This document shows, piece by piece, positions 18,451 to 29,233 of a DNA stretch of 64,000 bases. Positions within the stretch are counted from its first letter, which is position 1, and each line of letters opens with the position of its first letter. The position numbers and the translations under genes were made by a program. A model generated the notes under the pieces. The model saw nothing but the letters and a program-made list of their open reading frames with translations. It was not told the DNA's origin and did not search any database. The DNA is from Myxococcota bacterium (GTDB taxonomy: Bacteria; Myxococcota_A; UBA9160; SZUA-336), in NCBI GenBank assembly GCA_965247115.1, contig CBDFGR010000002.1:1504001-1568000 (forward strand). The letters are read 5' to 3'.

Positions 18451-19866
18451 TCAAAAAAGACCTGGCAGCGGTCCGGGGTCGCTGAGCTCGTTGGCCGAGC
18501 AGACCTTGTTCCTGCCGAGCGCCTTGCCCAGGTACATCGCCTTGTCGGCGAGATCGAGGATCATCTCGGACGTTTCGCCGTTACCGGGGAAGCTGGCGAC
18601 ACCGATGCTGAGCGTCAGGCTGAGCTGCAGCCCTCGTTCTGCTCCGAACCGAGCGTCCTCCACGCTCCGGCGTATGCGCTCCGCGACCTCTAGCGCCTTG
18701 TCCTGGTCTGTGTCCGCCAGCAGGATCGTGAATTCGTCGCCGCCGTAGCGCCCGACGGTATCGATCGCCCGAATCTGCTTGTGCAGGAGCTGGCCGAGCT
18801 CCATCAGCACGCGCGAGCCCACCAGGTGTCCGAACTGGTCATTCACGTTCTTGAAGCGGTCCAGGTCCAGGAACAGCACGCTCAGCTGGCTGTGCGCGCG
18901 GGTGGCCCGGCTGACCTCTCGATCGAGGGCGGAGAGCAGGTAGCGTGCGTTGTAGAGCCCGGTCACGTCATCCACGAACGCGCGCTCGCGCGCCTGGACG
19001 AAGCGGTCTGCGTTGATAAGGGCCAGCTCGGACTGGGTGGCCACGAGCTCCCCGCGACGGGTCTCATCGGGCGTAAAGGCCCGGCCCTCCGGGAGCACCC
19101 AGATGCCCCCGGCAACGTGACCGTCGAGACACACGGGTAGACTCAGGATCTCCTCCCCCTCGGCCAAGCAGCCAAGCTGAGTCAGGAGCGCCTGGCTCGA
19201 CGCGTCACATCCGCCCTCGGACTCGAGCGCGCCGAGATCGAACAGCTTGTCGCGCTGGATGGAATCCCGCAGCTCGGGGACCCCTTCCACGGGAAAGCCC
19301 CTGAGGTGAACACCCTCCGAGGGACGGGCTTGCTCACCGTACGCGAGTCTCCCGATGGCCATGGAACGGCTCACGACTCGGAGGACGATGTCCAGAGCCA
19401 GGGGCAGCACGTCGGATGTCTCGAGGCAGGAGGCGAGGCTTCGTGTGGCCTCGAAAGCCTGGATGCAGCCACGCAGGGCTTCGTTCTCCGAGAGGAGATG
19501 TCGGCGCAGCAAGGTGCGCTTGACGCAGTAGACGATCTCTGGCGCGGTGACGGGCTTGCGCAGGAAGTCCGCAGCGCCCAGCCGCATGGCCTGGAGAGCG
19601 CTTTCCAGCGAGGCGTAGCCCGTCAGGACCACCACTTCGGTCGACGGCCAGTCCCGCCGCACCTGCTCCATCAGCTCGAAGCCGTCCATCTCGCGCATGG
19701 AGAGGTCCGTCAGGAGCAGCTCGACCGCGCCATTGCGACCCAGCCATTCCAGGGCTTCCATCCCGGAGGTCGCGAGGTGTACTCGGAAGCCCTCCTGCGC
19801 AAGGGCGTCCCGCGTCATTTCGCGAATCAGTAGATCATCGTCGACGACCAGAACTCGCCTGCTCAC
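18451..19866 (-). CDS. response regulator diguanylate cyclase (REC-GAF-like-GGDEF)
   Basis: VLVVDDD, LLTDLSM, DLDRFKNVND, RxxD I-site (RAID), RYGGDEF. Confidence 0.92.
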   Translation of the reverse strand: MSRRVLVVDDDLLIREMTRDALAQEGFRVHLATSGMEALEWLGRNGAVELLLTDLSMREMDGFELMEQVRRDWPSTEVVVLTGYASLESALQAMRLGAADFLRKPVTAPEIVYCVKRTLLRRHLLSENEALRGCIQAFEATRSLASCLETSDVLPLALDIVLRVVSRSMAIGRLAYGEQARPSEGVHLRGFPVEGVPELRDSIQRDKLFDLGALESEGGCDASSQALLTQLGCLAEGEEILSLPVCLDGHVAGGIWVLPEGRAFTPDETRRGELVATQSELALINADRFVQARERAFVDDVTGLYNARYLLSALDREVSRATRAHSQLSVLFLDLDRFKNVNDQFGHLVGSRVLMELGQLLHKQIRAIDTVGRYGGDEFTILLADTDQDKALEVAERIRRSVEDARFGAERGLQLSLTLSIGVASFPGNGETSEMILDLADKAMYLGKALGRNKVCSANELSDPGPLPGLF

Positions 19867-19901
19867 CAGATGGGCCCCTGGACAGTCCGTCCCATCGCGC
19901 T

Positions 19902-19929
19902 CTTTCGGCGAGCACTGCCTTTACCCTTA
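19902..19929 (-). promoter_or_regulatory. sigma-28-like promoter candidate
   Basis: TAAGG-N15-GCCGAAAG upstream of the diguanylate cyclase. Confidence 0.45.
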
Positions 19930-19943
19930 GGGGTGGCGCAGCC

Positions 19944-21131
19944 CTACTTGCGGAGCCTGAGTCGGAGGGCGTTCAGGCGGATGAAGCCGGTGGCGTCGCG
20001 CTGGTCGTAGCTGTCATCGGCCTCGAAGCTCGCGATGTCCTCTCGGTAGAGCGTGTTCGGGGACTTGCGACCCAGAATCGAGACGGCGCCCTTGTACAGG
20101 CGCACGCGCACGGTGCCGGTGACGAGCTCCTGGCTGTGCGCGACGGCTGCGCGCAAGAACTCCAGCTCCGGAGAGAACCAGAAGCCATTGTAGATCAGCT
20201 GCGCGATGCGCGGGATGAGGCGATCCCGCTCCAGCAGGACCTCGCGATCGACGCTGATCGACTCGAGTGCCCTGTGGGCCGCGTGAAGAACTGTCCCGCC
20301 TGGCGTCTCGTAGACCCCCCTCGCCTTCATGCCCACCGCCCTGCTCTCGACGATGTCCACGCGGCCGACCCCGTGTGACGCCCCCAGCAGGTTGAGCCTC
20401 TCCAACAGCTCGACCGGCCCCAGACGCTCCCCCTCGACCCGCACCGGGGCTCCCGCCTCGAAGTCAATCTCGAGCTCGGCAGGTCGGTCTGGCGCGTCTA
20501 CAGGGGACGTCGTCCACTCGAACATGGCCTCGTCCGGCGAGCGCCAGGGATCCTCGAGGACGCCACCTTCGTAGCTGATGTGGAAGAGGTTGCGGTCGAT
20601 CGAGTACGGCTGCTCGAGCGACGCCTCGACGGGGATGTCGAACTTGTCCGCGTAGCTCAGGAGCTCAGTCCGTCCGCGCAGGTCCCACTCGCGCCACGGG
20701 GCGATGATCTTGAGCTCAGGAGCGAGCGCCTGGAAAGCCAGCTCGAAGCGCAGCTGGTCGTTCCCCTTCCCGGTGCACCCGTGCGAGAGCGCATCCGCCC
20801 CGAACTCCCGAGCCACCCTCACCATCTCCTTGGCCAGAACGGGTCGCGCGAGCGAGGTCCCCAGCAGGTAGCTGCCCTCGTAGACGGCGCCAGACTGGAT
20901 CGCGAAGTAGCAGAAGTCGCGTACGAACTCCTCGCGCAGGTCCGACACGACGCACTCCACGGCGCCCGTGTCGAGGGCCTTCTTGCGGACGGCATCGAGG
21001 TCTTCGGCCTGGCCGACGTTCCCGCACCACGCGACCACCTCGGCACCGTAGGTCTCGATCAGCCACGTGAGGATCACGGAGGTATCGAGCCCGCCGGAGT
21101 AGGCCAGCAGGATGCGCTTTACGTCCGACAT
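19944..21131 (-). CDS. argG: argininosuccinate synthase
   Basis: LAYSGGLDTS, YLLGTSLARP, HGCTGKGNDQ, YSIDRNL, RGVYETPG. Confidence 0.96.
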   Translation of the reverse strand: MSDVKRILLAYSGGLDTSVILTWLIETYGAEVVAWCGNVGQAEDLDAVRKKALDTGAVECVVSDLREEFVRDFCYFAIQSGAVYEGSYLLGTSLARPVLAKEMVRVAREFGADALSHGCTGKGNDQLRFELAFQALAPELKIIAPWREWDLRGRTELLSYADKFDIPVEASLEQPYSIDRNLFHISYEGGVLEDPWRSPDEAMFEWTTSPVDAPDRPAELEIDFEAGAPVRVEGERLGPVELLERLNLLGASHGVGRVDIVESRAVGMKARGVYETPGGTVLHAAHRALESISVDREVLLERDRLIPRIAQLIYNGFWFSPELEFLRAAVAHSQELVTGTVRVRLYKGAVSILGRKSPNTLYREDIASFEADDSYDQRDATGFIRLNALRLRLRK

Positions 21132-21185
21132 CGTGGCGCATGATAGCCGGCTGGCCGGGGTGACGCGACGCCGCGTCGCGTCGGT

Positions 21186-21917
21186 TCAGGCGACGATCTT
21201 CTCACGGATCAGGCGCGCCAGCACCTCGAGCGTTCGTTGTCGGCTGCAGGTCGACAGGCTGAGCAGGTCGCCGATCGACACCTTGCCGTCGATCTGCGAG
21301 AGCATGTGGCCTTCCTCTCGGTCGAGCTTCAGCTTCAGCATCTCCTCGGTCGTGCAGTTCAGCTGCAGCGCGCGTCCCTGGTCTCCGATCTGCTTCGACC
21401 ACTTCTCGGCGCGCGCGTTGCCGACCAGCTGCAAGTAGCCCTGTACGTCGAGACGCTCCGAGTCGACCTTGGAGACCTTTTCGAGGTTCTTCCAGGCGTG
21501 ATCCAGCTCGCCGATCTTGTACGCTGCGAGCGCATCCGCGATCAGCTCCTCGTGGTCCTCTGACTTCACGACAACGACGTCGCCGATCGCTCGCGTCAGC
21601 GAGATCTCGTTGGGGTCCGGCGCATCGTCAGTCAGCTCGAATTAGGAGAAGGGCGTGGAATCATCGTCGAGCGCATCCGCCCCGAGCTCCTCGAGCTCCA
21701 CGAATTCCTCGACTTCCTCGACTTCCTCGACCTCCGCCACCTCCAGATCTCGTTCCTGGTACGCGTTGGCAAGGTAATCGTGGATGGCGTTGTTCTCCGG
21801 GTCGATCGCCCGCGCTCGCTCCCAGCAATCGATCGCAGCCTCGAGGTTGCTCAGCCCGTAGTGGTTGAGTCCCCGCTTGAGCAGGCGCGTAACCTCCTTG
21901 TTGCGATCCGCGGCCAA
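21186..21917 (-). pseudogene. TPR-like protein interrupted by a single in-frame TAA (21642-21644)
   Basis: ORFs 21642-21917 and 21186-21569 share a frame and are joined by 24 open codons; TPR-like N-terminus, acidic linker, C-terminal EGHMLSQIDG motif. Confidence 0.7.
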
Positions 21918-21921
21918 GCTC

Positions 21922-23484
21922 TCAGCCCTTGACTTGGACCGCGTACTCGGACGAGAGCTTCTCGACCTCTTCCTCGCTGAGCGCGCCGCGGGGGTTGACC
22001 TGGATCGATTGAGCCTGGTTCGTTGCGAGGTCCTTCGCAGAGACGCTCACGATCCCGTTCGCATCGATGTCGAAGCACACCGAAACCTCGCACTCCCCCT
22101 TGGGAGCCGGGATGATCCCCGAGAGGATGAACTCGCCCAGCAGGTCGTTCTCGTCGGCTCGTTCGCCCTCGCCCTGGAGCACTCGAACCTTGACCGCCGT
22201 CTGATTGTCCCGAGTCGTGGTGAAGATCTCCTTTCGAGACGTGGGCACCTTGGTGTTGCGCTCGATCAGCCTTGCGAAGTGGCCACCGAAGGTCGCGATT
22301 CCGAGCGAGAGCGGCGTCACATCGATCAGCAGCGGGCTCTCGCTTCCCTCGGTCAGCATCGCGGCCTGGATGGCGGCTCCGATCCCCACGACCTCGTCGG
22401 CGTTGACACCCTTGTGCGGTGGCTTTCCAAAGAACTCGGTGACGAGCCTCTGCACGAGCGGAGTGCGGGTCTGCCCACCGACGAGCAGTACCTGATCGAT
22501 GTCCGCCACTCCCAGGTTCGCGTCTTCCAGCACCCTCTCGCAGATGGTCTGCGTGCGGGCGACGATGTCGGTGATCAGCTCCTCGAACTTGGCGCGGTCC
22601 AGCAGCATGCTCATGTGCAGGGGCTGCTCATCGGCGTTCGCCGCAATGAACGGCAGGTTGATCTCCGTCGACTGGACCTGCGACAGATCACACTTGGCTT
22701 TTTCCGCCGCGTCTTTCAGGCGCTGCAGGGCCATGATGTCGTCGCTGAGGTCAACGCCTTCCTTGTCCGCGAAGACGTCGATGAAGTGCTGAACAAGACG
22801 CAGATCGAAGTCCTCTCCCCCAAGGCACGTGTCGCCGGAGGTGGCAAGCACCTCGATCAGTCCGGAGCCCAGCTGCAGAATCGAGATGTCGAACGTGCCC
22901 CCACCCAGATCGTACACGGCGATGTGCTCGTTTTGGTCGCGGCCCAGACCGTAGGCGAGGGCCGCCGCCGTCGGCTCGTTGATGATGCGCAACACTTCCA
23001 GCCCCGCGACACGCCCCGAGTCCCGCGTCATCTGGCGCTGGGAATCGTTGAAGTAGGCGGGAACGGTGATGACCGCCTCCTGGACGCTGTCCCCGAGATA
23101 CTCCTCCGCCACGCGCTTCATCTCCCGGAGCACGATCCCCGAGATCTCAGACGTCGTGTAGACGCGCCCGGCAATCTGAATGCGCGTATCCCCGTTCGGT
23201 CCCTCGACCACATCGTAGGGAAGGAGCTCCTTGGCGCGCACCACCTCTTCCGAGTCAAAGCTCCGGCCGATCAGTCGCTTGGCGGCATACACCGTGTTTC
23301 GGGCATTCGTCACCGCCTGCCGCTTTGCCAGATGACCCACCAGCCGCTTGCCCTCCTCGGTCACGGCAAAGATCGACGGTGTGGTCTTGTAGCCGCCCGT
23401 GTTCGGGATGACGACAGGCTGGCCGTCCTCCATGACCGCAACGCAGGAGTTCGTCGTCCCGAGATCTATTCCGACTACTCCCAA
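21922..23484 (-). CDS. Hsp70/DnaK paralog lacking most of the C-terminal helical lid (520 aa)
   Basis: [54 protein letters not shown]; ends ~20 aa after the beta substrate-binding domain. Confidence 0.9.
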   Translation of the reverse strand: MGVVGIDLGTTNSCVAVMEDGQPVVIPNTGGYKTTPSIFAVTEEGKRLVGHLAKRQAVTNARNTVYAAKRLIGRSFDSEEVVRAKELLPYDVVEGPNGDTRIQIAGRVYTTSEISGIVLREMKRVAEEYLGDSVQEAVITVPAYFNDSQRQMTRDSGRVAGLEVLRIINEPTAAALAYGLGRDQNEHIAVYDLGGGTFDISILQLGSGLIEVLATSGDTCLGGEDFDLRLVQHFIDVFADKEGVDLSDDIMALQRLKDAAEKAKCDLSQVQSTEINLPFIAANADEQPLHMSMLLDRAKFEELITDIVARTQTICERVLEDANLGVADIDQVLLVGGQTRTPLVQRLVTEFFGKPPHKGVNADEVVGIGAAIQAAMLTEGSESPLLIDVTPLSLGIATFGGHFARLIERNTKVPTSRKEIFTTTRDNQTAVKVRVLQGEGERADENDLLGEFILSGIIPAPKGECEVSVCFDIDANGIVSVSAKDLATNQAQSIQVNPRGALSEEEVEKLSSEYAVQVKG

Positions 23485-23505
23485 TCTCTGTGCTCCTTTT
23501 TCGGC

Positions 23506-24522
23506 CTAGAGTGTCTGCAGCTCGGCCCGGACTTCTCGATCCATCGGATCCAGCTCCCACGCCCGCTGCAGGTACTTGCGCGCCGACGCGACCTTGCCGA
23601 GCTGCTTGAAGATCTGGCCGAGTACCTTGAGCGAATTGACCGAGTCTCCATCCAGCGAGATCGCCCGCTCCGCAAACGTTCGGGCCGTCTTGAGGTCTCG
23701 TTCCTTGAGCAAGAGCTCTGCTACCGTCGCCGCCAGCTCGGCATCGGTAGGTCGCAGCTGCGACGCCTCCGAGAGCATCTCGATCGCGTTCTTGCGTTCA
23801 CCTCGCTTCAGCATGGCGCGCCCGCGCGCCAGCGCTTCGTCCCCACGCGCGGCATTCGCCTGGATCACCACCTCGGCGAGCTCGTCGTGGATCGTCGTAT
23901 CCCGCGGGTCGAAGGCCAGCGCGTGCTTGAGAAGCGAGGCGGCTCGCTCCCAGTTCCCCGCCTCCTTGTGCTCCAGTGCCTCGTCGACGTGCCGCTTGGC
24001 TCTCGAGCGACTCTGCTTCAGCCGCCGCTCCAGGATCTCCAGCTGGCCCTTCGGGGAGCGCAGACCTTTCCTGTCGCGCAGCGACGGACCGCCGGTCGGC
24101 TGTGCAGTAGACGTGGCGTCGCGCGTCGGGTCCTCGTCGGCAGACGACTGGCTCTTCGAGGGAGCTCGGTCTTTTCTCGGTCCGCCCTCGTTGAGCAGCC
24201 GGTCGTAGCTCTGGCGGAGGGAGGGGTCCCGCAGAACGTCGTTCGCTGCAACTACGCGCTTGTAGATCTCGGTCAGCAGGGGCCCGTACATGCCTGTCTG
24301 CTTGTTGAAGTACCGATCGGGATGGAAGCGCTTGGAGCACTCGAAGAAGGCGTCGCGGACCGCGGCGTCGTCCACGTCAGGCTCCAGGCCTAGCAGCTCG
24401 TAGTAGTTGAGGGCGGGCAGAGCGCGAGCGAGGTCGCGGAGCTCAGCCTGGAACTCCGAAGACAGATCGACGGCCTCGTTGGCCGCCGCTTGTCCCGAAG
24501 AGCCTTCCCCGCTTTCGCTCAT
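23506..24522 (-). CDS. J-domain protein with C-terminal TPR repeats
   Basis: NYYELLGL..FHPDRY (HPD)..ANDVLRDPSLRQSYD followed by TPR-like helices. Confidence 0.85.
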   Translation of the reverse strand: MSESGEGSSGQAAANEAVDLSSEFQAELRDLARALPALNYYELLGLEPDVDDAAVRDAFFECSKRFHPDRYFNKQTGMYGPLLTEIYKRVVAANDVLRDPSLRQSYDRLLNEGGPRKDRAPSKSQSSADEDPTRDATSTAQPTGGPSLRDRKGLRSPKGQLEILERRLKQSRSRAKRHVDEALEHKEAGNWERAASLLKHALAFDPRDTTIHDELAEVVIQANAARGDEALARGRAMLKRGERKNAIEMLSEASQLRPTDAELAATVAELLLKERDLKTARTFAERAISLDGDSVNSLKVLGQIFKQLGKVASARKYLQRAWELDPMDREVRAELQTL

Positions 24523-24558
24523 ACTTCACCCACTCGGATACGCACCGGATCCCCAAAG

Positions 24559-24586
24559 CTATCGGGAACACTGGCGGGAAAGTTGA
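24559..24586 (-). promoter_or_regulatory. sigma-28-like promoter candidate
   Basis: TCAAC-N15-CCCGATAG upstream of the J-domain gene. Confidence 0.5.
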
Positions 24587-24650
24587 GCCAGTCTGGCGGC
24601 GGCGGACGTCGCTGACACGTCCTCCGCAGCGTTGGCCAGGACGGGAATTG

Positions 24651-25616
24651 CTACGCGAGCAGCCGCTCCAGGATCGCCTTTTGCGCGTGCAGGCGGTTCT
24701 CGGCCTGGTCGAACACGAGCGAGCGCTCGGATTCGAAAACCTCGGCCGTGATCTCCTCACCCCGGTGGGCCGGCAGGCAGTGGAGGATCCGAACGGACCC
24801 GGGTGCGGCGCGCAGGAGCGTGTCGTTGAGCTGATATGGCGCGAAGACCGAGCGACGCTCGGCCGCCTCGTCCTCTCTGCCCATGCTCGCCCAGACGTCC
24901 GTGTAGAGAAATGACGCATCCTTGACCGCCGCCTGGGGATCGTGCGAGAGGTGGATCTCCGCCCCAGAGGTCCTGGCGAGCTCGGCGCCGCGCCGAACGA
25001 TGGCTGGATCCGGGGCGTAGTCCGGGGGCGTACAGACCGTGAGCTTCATTCCCAGGCGCCCGGCCAGGTGGATTAGCGAGTGGGCCACATTGTTCCCGTC
25101 GCCGATGTAGACCACGAGATCCTGGCGGAGGTCTCCGTTCTCACGGATCGTAAGCGCATCTGCCATGGCCTGGCACGGATGCAGCAGGTCGGTCAACCCG
25201 TTCACGACGGGGACACTGCCCCAGCTCGCGAGTTTCTCTACCATGTCATGACCGAAGGTTCGCGCGACGATGCCGTGACACCAGCGCGACAGGTTGCGGG
25301 CGACGTCCTCGATAGGCTCGCGTTCTCCGATGTTCACCTGGCCCGTCGGTAGCTGTAGCGCGTGCGCGCCGAGCTCGGAGATGCCCACCTCGAACGTGAC
25401 AAAGGTGCGCAGGCTCGGCTTCTCGAAGTAGAGCAGGATCGACAAGCCCTGCAGCGAGCGGACCGTCTCGCGTCGGGCACGGCTGACCTTGAGCTCGCCA
25501 GCCCGCTCCAGCATCTTCTCGAGCTCGTCGCGCGGCCAGTCGGCGATCGAGAGGAAGCTGGTGGGGACCTTCTCGGTGTCACCTAACGCGGACAAGCTTT
25601 GTTCCCACGCCTCCAT
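24651..25616 (-). CDS. argF: ornithine carbamoyltransferase
   Basis: [39 protein letters not shown]; start uncertain (ATG 25616 or TTG 25595, both overlapping argB). Confidence 0.92.
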   Translation of the reverse strand: MEAWEQSLSALGDTEKVPTSFLSIADWPRDELEKMLERAGELKVSRARRETVRSLQGLSILLYFEKPSLRTFVTFEVGISELGAHALQLPTGQVNIGEREPIEDVARNLSRWCHGIVARTFGHDMVEKLASWGSVPVVNGLTDLLHPCQAMADALTIRENGDLRQDLVVYIGDGNNVAHSLIHLAGRLGMKLTVCTPPDYAPDPAIVRRGAELARTSGAEIHLSHDPQAAVKDASFLYTDVWASMGREDEAAERRSVFAPYQLNDTLLRAAPGSVRILHCLPAHRGEEITAEVFESERSLVFDQAENRLHAQKAILERLLA

Positions 25617-26439
25617 CCGTGAATATCTCGAGCAATAGCGCGTGCGAGACGCGGCCGTCAATGACGTGGGCTGACGTTACCGTGCCCTCGAGCCCACTGA
25701 TGCAGCACTCGAGCTTGGGGATCATTCCCCCTTGTACGCTGCCGTCGGCGATCGCTGCCAGCGCCTCAGCGCTCGTCATTAAGGTCCGCAAGACCCCGTT
25801 TTCGTCGAGCACTCCTTCCACGTCGGTGACGAGGATCAGCTTCTCGGCCCCTACGGCCTCCGCGATCCCGGCAGCCGCAACGTCTGCGTTCACGTTGTAG
25901 GTGCGACCCTCCGTATCGAGTCCGATCGGCGCAATGACGGGAATGAGGCCGCTGCGCGTCATGGTGGTGATCAAGCTCTCGTCGATGTGCTCGGGAGTCC
26001 CCACCCGCCCCAGGTCTTCGCCCGATGGCAGCTTGAGGGGACGCACGCGCATCAGCTCCCCGTCCTTGCCCGTCAAGCCCACTGCCCGACCACCGGCGCG
26101 GCCAATCAGCGAGACGATCTCCGCATTGACATGTCCGCCCAGCACCATCTCGACGACGTCCATGGTCTCTTCGTCGGTGACCCGCATGCCGTCGACAAAG
26201 CGGGTCTCTTTGCCGAGCCGCTTTAGCATGTCACCGATCTGCGGACCACCACCGTGGATGATGACCGGGCGCAGCCCGATGTAGCGCAGAAGTGTGACGT
26301 CAGTCGCAAACGAGGCCTTGAGCTCTGCATCGAGCATCGCCGCGCCGCCGTACTTGATGACGATGGTCTTGTCGTAGAACGCTCGGATGTACGGCAGCGC
26401 CTCTACCAGGACGCCGGCCTTCTCGATCAGCTTCTCCAT
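25579..26439 (-). CDS. argB: acetylglutamate kinase
   Basis: [34 protein letters not shown]. Confidence 0.96.
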   Translation of the reverse strand: MEKLIEKAGVLVEALPYIRAFYDKTIVIKYGGAAMLDAELKASFATDVTLLRYIGLRPVIIHGGGPQIGDMLKRLGKETRFVDGMRVTDEETMDVVEMVLGGHVNAEIVSLIGRAGGRAVGLTGKDGELMRVRPLKLPSGEDLGRVGTPEHIDESLITTMTRSGLIPVIAPIGLDTEGRTYNVNADVAAAGIAEAVGAEKLILVTDVEGVLDENGVLRTLMTSAEALAAIADGSVQGGMIPKLECCISGLEGTVTSAHVIDGRVSHALLLEIFTDGGVGTKLVRVR

Positions 26440-26451
26440 CAGCTTCCGCGC

Positions 26452-27759
26452 CTAGAGCACGAACCGCGACAGGTCGCGGTTCCCTGCGATCTCTTCCAGC
26501 CGCTTCCTCACGACCGCCGCATCGAGGGTGACGGTTTCCCCTGCCATGTCCGGGGCGCCGAACAGCTCGAGCTCGAGCAGGCGTTCGAGCACCGTGTGCA
26601 GCCTTCGGGCACCGATGTTCTCTGTCGACCGGTTCACCTCCGAGGCGATCCGCGCGATCTCCTGAATCGCATCCGGTTTGAACTCGAGCTCCACCGCTTC
26701 AGTCGCCAGCAGCGCCTCGTACTGCTTTACGAGCGCGTTCTTCGGCTCCTGCAGGATGCGCACGAAGGCGGCCTCGTCCAGGTCATGGAGCTCGACCCGG
26801 ATCGGGAAGCGGCCCTGCAGCTCCGGAATCAGATCCGAAGGACGCGAGACGTGAAACGCCCCCGCCGCGATAAACAGGATGTGATCCGTGCGCACACTGC
26901 CGTGCTTGGTCTGCACGCTGCAGCCCTCGATCACAGGCAGCAGGTCGCGCTGCACCCCTTCGCGCGAAACGTCGGTGCCCCAGCTCTCGCGTCGTGCGAT
27001 CTTGTCGAGCTCGTCGAGAAAGACGATACCCGACTCCTCGACACGCTCGATCGCTCGCTCTCGGACAGCGTCCTGGTCGATCAGCCTGTGCGCCTCTTCG
27101 TCCTGCAGGAGCTCGCGCGCCTGGCGCACCTGTACGCGCCGCACGCGTTTGCCCTTGGACATCATGTTGCCCATCAGGTCCTTGAGGTTGAAGCCCATCT
27201 CTTCGACGCCCTGCGGCGAAAAGATCTCGAGCGTTGGACCCGCGCGCTCCTGGGTCTCGATCTCCACCTCCCGCTCTTCGAGGTCGCCTGCGCGCAGCTT
27301 CTCGCGCAGCCGTTCCCGCGTGGCGTCGGCGCCGCCTTCGCCGGGACGGGGAAACAGGGCGTCGAGCAGCCGTTCCTCCGCGATCCGCTCCGCGGAGGCA
27401 CGAACCTTGACGGCCTCTTCGTCGCGGACCAGCGTGATCCCTACCTCGACCAGATCGCGCACGATCGACTCGACGTCGCGCCCAACGTAGCCCACCTCCG
27501 TGAACTTGGAGGCCTCGACCTTGACAAACGGGGCGCCCGAGAGCTTGGCCAGCCGGCGGGCGATCTCCGTCTTGCCGACACCCGTCGGCCCGATCATGAG
27601 GATGTTCTTGGGATGGATGTCCTCGCGAAGGTCACCCTCCACCTGCTGCCGCCGCCAGCGATTTCGCAGCGCGATCGCGACCGCGCGTTTGGCATCGCTC
27701 TGGCCCACGATGTAGCGGTCCAGCTCGGAGACAACCTCGCGTGGCGTGAACGACTTCAA
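26452..27759 (-). CDS. hslU: ATP-dependent protease ATPase subunit
   Basis: [48 protein letters not shown]. Confidence 0.97.
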   Translation of the reverse strand: MKSFTPREVVSELDRYIVGQSDAKRAVAIALRNRWRRQQVEGDLREDIHPKNILMIGPTGVGKTEIARRLAKLSGAPFVKVEASKFTEVGYVGRDVESIVRDLVEVGITLVRDEEAVKVRASAERIAEERLLDALFPRPGEGGADATRERLREKLRAGDLEEREVEIETQERAGPTLEIFSPQGVEEMGFNLKDLMGNMMSKGKRVRRVQVRQARELLQDEEAHRLIDQDAVRERAIERVEESGIVFLDELDKIARRESWGTDVSREGVQRDLLPVIEGCSVQTKHGSVRTDHILFIAAGAFHVSRPSDLIPELQGRFPIRVELHDLDEAAFVRILQEPKNALVKQYEALLATEAVELEFKPDAIQEIARIASEVNRSTENIGARRLHTVLERLLELELFGAPDMAGETVTLDAAVVRKRLEEIAGNRDLSRFVL

Positions 27760-28298
27760 GCCGTGAGTTCCTCAATGCTGATCTGCTCGTTGGTGTAAAG
27801 GCAGATGCCCGCTGCAACCCGCATGGCACGCTCTGCGATCTCCCTCGCGGACAGGTCCGTGGCTTCCATCAGAGCGCGCGCCGCAGCGCGCGCGTAGCCG
27901 CCTCCCGACCCGATCGCGGCGATTCCGTCGTCCGGCTGGATCACGTCGCCGTTGCCGGAGAGCAGCAGCGTCTCGTTCGCATCGGCTACCACGAGCAGGG
28001 CCTCCAGGCTGCGCATGCTTCGGTCGGTGCGCCAGTCCTTGGCGAGCTCCACGGCCGCTCGTCGCAGGACTCCGAACTCCTCCAGCTTCGCCTCAAAGCG
28101 CTCGACCAGCGCCACCGCATCTGCCGTGGAGCCTGCGAAGCCCGCCAGTACGCTGCCTCCACGGAGCCGTTGGATCTTGGTCGCGCCGTTCTTCACCACG
28201 GTGTCGCCCATGCTGACCTGGCCGTCGCCCGCGATCACAACCGTATCGCCGCGGCGCACCGCGATCACCGTGGTCCCGCGCATCTCGAGCTGACTCAT
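27756..28298 (-). CDS. hslV: ATP-dependent protease peptidase subunit
   Basis: [38 protein letters not shown]. Confidence 0.96.
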   Translation of the reverse strand: MSQLEMRGTTVIAVRRGDTVVIAGDGQVSMGDTVVKNGATKIQRLRGGSVLAGFAGSTADAVALVERFEAKLEEFGVLRRAAVELAKDWRTDRSMRSLEALLVVADANETLLLSGNGDVIQPDDGIAAIGSGGGYARAAARALMEATDLSAREIAERAMRVAAGICLYTNEQISIEELTA

Positions 28299-29233
28299 CC
28301 TCTCTCCCTTACTGGAGAGCCCGCAAATCCATCGGGCTCTCGGGAGCGCGGATGCGCCTGCCGGTAGACCCGAGCCAGCCGCTCGGCCGACACCTGGGTA
28401 TAGCGCTGTGTCGTGCTGAGCCGCTCGTGCCCGAGCAGCTCCTGGATCGCGCGGAGATCGACGTCCGCATCGAGCAGATGCGTGGCATAGCTGTGGCGGA
28501 GAGTGTGCGGGCTCACTTGCCGCGGGATCCCGACCTCGAGCAGGCGACGCCTCAGGACCTTGCGGACCCCCCGCGCCGAGAGCCGTCCCCCCCGGGCGTT
28601 CAGGATCAGCGGCTCGTTCAGCAGTCCCTGTCGCACGCGCGGCTCGAGATACGCGAGCAGGGATTCGAGCGCCTGCCCTGGGATCGGGACCACCCTCTGC
28701 CGGTTCCCTTTGCCCTGGACCCGGAGCTCGGCGCGATCGCGGTCGAGGTCGCGAACGGAGAGACTCGTGAGCTCACCGACCCGGAGCCCGGTTCCGTAGA
28801 GCAGATCGAACACCGCTCGATCGCGAGCGTCCAGGGCCGGCCGCGGGTGCGGGCTCGCGGCGTCGATAAGTCGCTCGCACTCCGCGGCTCCCAGCGGAGC
28901 GGGCAGCCGCCGCTCGGGCTTGGGTCCGGGCAGCCCCTCGCTCGGGTCAGCGGCCCGTGCGCCGAGGCGCACCTGAAAGCGGAAGTAGGAGCGCAGGGCG
29001 GAGAGCCGCCGCGTTCGGGTCGCCGGCGTGTGCGTGCGATGGAAGCCCGCCAGGTAGGCGCGGAGCGAGAGCGCGTCCACCTGCGCGAGCCCTCCCGCAA
29101 GCGCGCACTCCGGACTCGAGGCCAGCCGCCGCACCTCGCTCGTATACGCCCGGACGGTGTGTGGCGAGAAGCCTCGCTCCGCCTCCAGGTAGCGGCGGAA
29201 CTCCGCATTGGAGCTGCGTTCCGCGGGCGTCAC
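28295..29233 (-). CDS. xerC: tyrosine recombinase XerC
   Basis: [47 protein letters not shown] overlaps trmFO stop; trmFO-xerC-hslVU context. Confidence 0.88.
   Translation of the reverse strand: MTPAERSSNAEFRRYLEAERGFSPHTVRAYTSEVRRLASSPECALAGGLAQVDALSLRAYLAGFHRTHTPATRTRRLSALRSYFRFQVRLGARAADPSEGLPGPKPERRLPAPLGAAECERLIDAASPHPRPALDARDRAVFDLLYGTGLRVGELTSLSVRDLDRDRAELRVQGKGNRQRVVPIPGQALESLLAYLEPRVRQGLLNEPLILNARGGRLSARGVRKVLRRRLLEVGIPRQVSPHTLRHSYATHLLDADVDLRAIQELLGHERLSTTQRYTQVSAERLARVYRQAHPRSREPDGFAGSPVRERG

Noticed and set aside
21865..24393. 842-aa + strand ORF and other long antisense ORFs (e.g. 26254-27798, 29407-31290, 13-1320)
   Set aside because: Shadow frames of well-supported genes in GC-rich DNA; no recognisable motifs
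28295..29233. Prophage or island integrase
   Set aside because: trmFO-xerC-hslVU context is the housekeeping arrangement; no att sites or phage genes seen
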